A DNA stretch of 63,874 nucleotides, the filler included, from Craspedostauros australis (taxonomy: Eukaryota): assembly GCA_030167865.1 (NCBI GenBank). It is 10 parts of 10 records of this genome, joined end to end, with 100 filler letters (N's around TTAATTAATTAA, not from the genome) between each part and the next. Parts side by side here need not be neighbours in the genome. Positions count along the whole stretch, not along the records: positions 56,797 to 63,874 come from JALAGF010006216.1; 9 more parts are not named here. One strand, 5' to 3'. The notes beneath the pieces were generated by a model that ran no database searches, was not told where the DNA came from, and saw only the letters and a list, made by a program, of their open reading frames with translations. A program made the translations under genes and the position numbers. Positions 62,155 to 63,874 of this stretch are shown here, piece by piece; position 1 is the stretch's first letter; the number at the start of each line of letters is the position of its first letter.

Positions 62155-63649
62155 CGGATGGTCCTTGTTCCACATGGGAACATGCTGGTCATGGAGTGTT
62201 CCATGCTGCTGCTCAACATTATCCATCGCGTTTGCAATGTATTTGTCACATCCAACGCTCCGTTTGTCTTTCGCATTCCTGGAATCGTTGTTGCCCAGAT
62301 AGTATTTGGGCGGTCCAATGTCTTTGATGGTGTAGACTTGCTGGATGGCCTTCATGTATTGGTCTGGTTCTTTTGCCACGATCTTGAAGTCATCAACATG
62401 CATGCATATGTAGTCATACCCAGTGTCGCCCCTCCACTTGATCCATACATCCTGGTCATGCCGTGATGGAGAGAACCCCATGGATGAGAGTGTATTTGCG
62501 AAGTGAGCATGGAATCTATGCACGCTCGATCAGAGTCCACAACACCTCCCTGAGTACGATTGTCTGACCCTCTCTGTGATCGAACTCTTTTCCTGCCCTC
62601 ATGTACATCTTCTCGTTGATGTAGGCATTGACAAATGCATTCCCCACGTCGCCGCAGAGTTGCTTCAGCTTGTTTGCATCCGCAATGACATCGAGTATCC
62701 ATACACTGGTTGATTTGATCGTGGACGAGTATACTCTGATATTGTCAGCAAGTTCGATGAGGTGACCACCGGCTACCAGCCGCCCCTTGCGCCGCAGATC
62801 CTGTTTCACAGCAAAGATGAGCCAGAGCTTGGTGCTCTGGTAGTACGATGAAGGTCGGTGAGTGGATGGATGGAATTCAAAGCAATCGAGGTCGATCAGA
62901 GCGTCGATCTCTTTCTTTGCTGCGTCCTTCCACAATGTGTTGCCATTGGCTTCGTCACGTTGGAGAGCGTGTCACATGTTGCATGGCACTTCTACACCGT
63001 ATTGGAATACTGTAGCGAATAAGTCCTTTTTTTGGCTTCTTCTTTCCTGGTCGTATGCGCCTCAGGATGGCGATGCTGTTGTTGTCGTCGACTGTGAAGA
63101 TGTGCGTGCGCTCGATTCGTCGCATGCGTCTGCGTATCGCGCGAACAGCGTGCTTTGCCCATTTCAGTATTGTTGTTGACTGTCGATTGTGCCTGTCATG
63201 CCGTTTTGGCTCGTTGGCAATGATGTATCGCGCCACGAGCTCGGGATGGTTTGCCCTCAGGATGTCGTATTGGAACCATTGAGTTTCATCGTTGTCCCAT
63301 TTCACATTGAGATGGAGATGTCCGTCTTGGAATGAGTGGCCTGCTATGGATGTAATTGCTGGATCGTTGTATCGTCTTTTGCAATCTGATTTTGGAACAT
63401 CTAATCATCCTCGCGCTCAGCCAGAGTGTCGATACGCCCCTGAATCCGCTGCTGGGGAGGATCTGGAATCCTCACTGCTTCATAGTCATTGGATTCTCTC
63501 AAGATGTCCGCAGTTGAGAGCTTGTCTTCCCCTTTGCCGTCGGATATCATGCTTGTAGGCCCGCTGTTGCGGTTGTCGTCATCATCAATGATGACGTTCT
63601 GCTGGCCGAACCATCAATCGTCATGCGGAACAGCATTGTCGTTGACCAC
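62155..63649 (-). pseudogene. degenerate CoDi-like copia pol: post-integrase chromodomain-like segment + reverse transcriptase
   Basis: VKWDNDETQW...HPELVARY, YGVEVP, DEANGNTLWKDA, KQDLRRKGRLVAGGH, GDVGNAF and YICMHVDDF, broken by stops and frameshifts. Confidence 0.88.
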
Positions 63650-63695
63650 TGTCGAGATGTACATGTGAGTATATGTCGAGATGTACGTGTATATC
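63650..63695 (+). repeat. LTR-like terminus shared with 335-379(-)
   Basis: TGTCGAGATGTACATGTGAGTATATGTCGAGATGTACGTGTATAT has 2 mismatches to the reverse complement of 335-379. Confidence 0.7.
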
Positions 63696-63874
63696 CATGA
63701 GGAAATTCGTCCACGATAAAAGTCCAAAATTGTCTCAGGAGACCAAGCGGATTCGAGGGGTGCCAAAATTGGTCTCCTGAGACCAAAATCAAGCAACGCG
63801 ACGTTTTATCGCGATGGCATTTTTTCGACCACCTCAACTAAAACTATTTGTTCGCGCTCACTTCCCCCCCCCCC

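Overview
This window is eukaryotic DNA, most likely from a diatom. The evidence is bipartite plastid presequences, GT-AG introns, a class C GPCR, Lsm4 and diatom-type (CoDi-like) Ty1/copia elements. It is not one contiguous locus. Ten short scaffolds are joined by an artificial 100-nt linker (44 N + TTAATTAATTAA + 44 N), so neighbourhood inferences hold only within a scaffold. About half of the window is transposon material: several copia gag/PR/IN/RT-RH fragments and LTRs (some nested or truncated), a divergent intron-containing DDE transposase, an ORF with an RNase H1 hybrid-binding (viroplasmin) domain, and a ~155-bp satellite. Two scaffolds are gene-rich. 3.2-17.1 kb holds three clustered paralogues of an uncharacterised 'VxF...WY...RGLE' family and a large STAND NTPase-TPR gene. 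40.1-56.7 kb holds a PAP/fibrillin, a GT10 fucosyltransferase, two plastid-targeted proteins, Lsm4 and a Cys-rich type I membrane protein. I found no rRNA, tRNA or CRISPR array. All family assignments come from motif recognition by eye; no database search was run.
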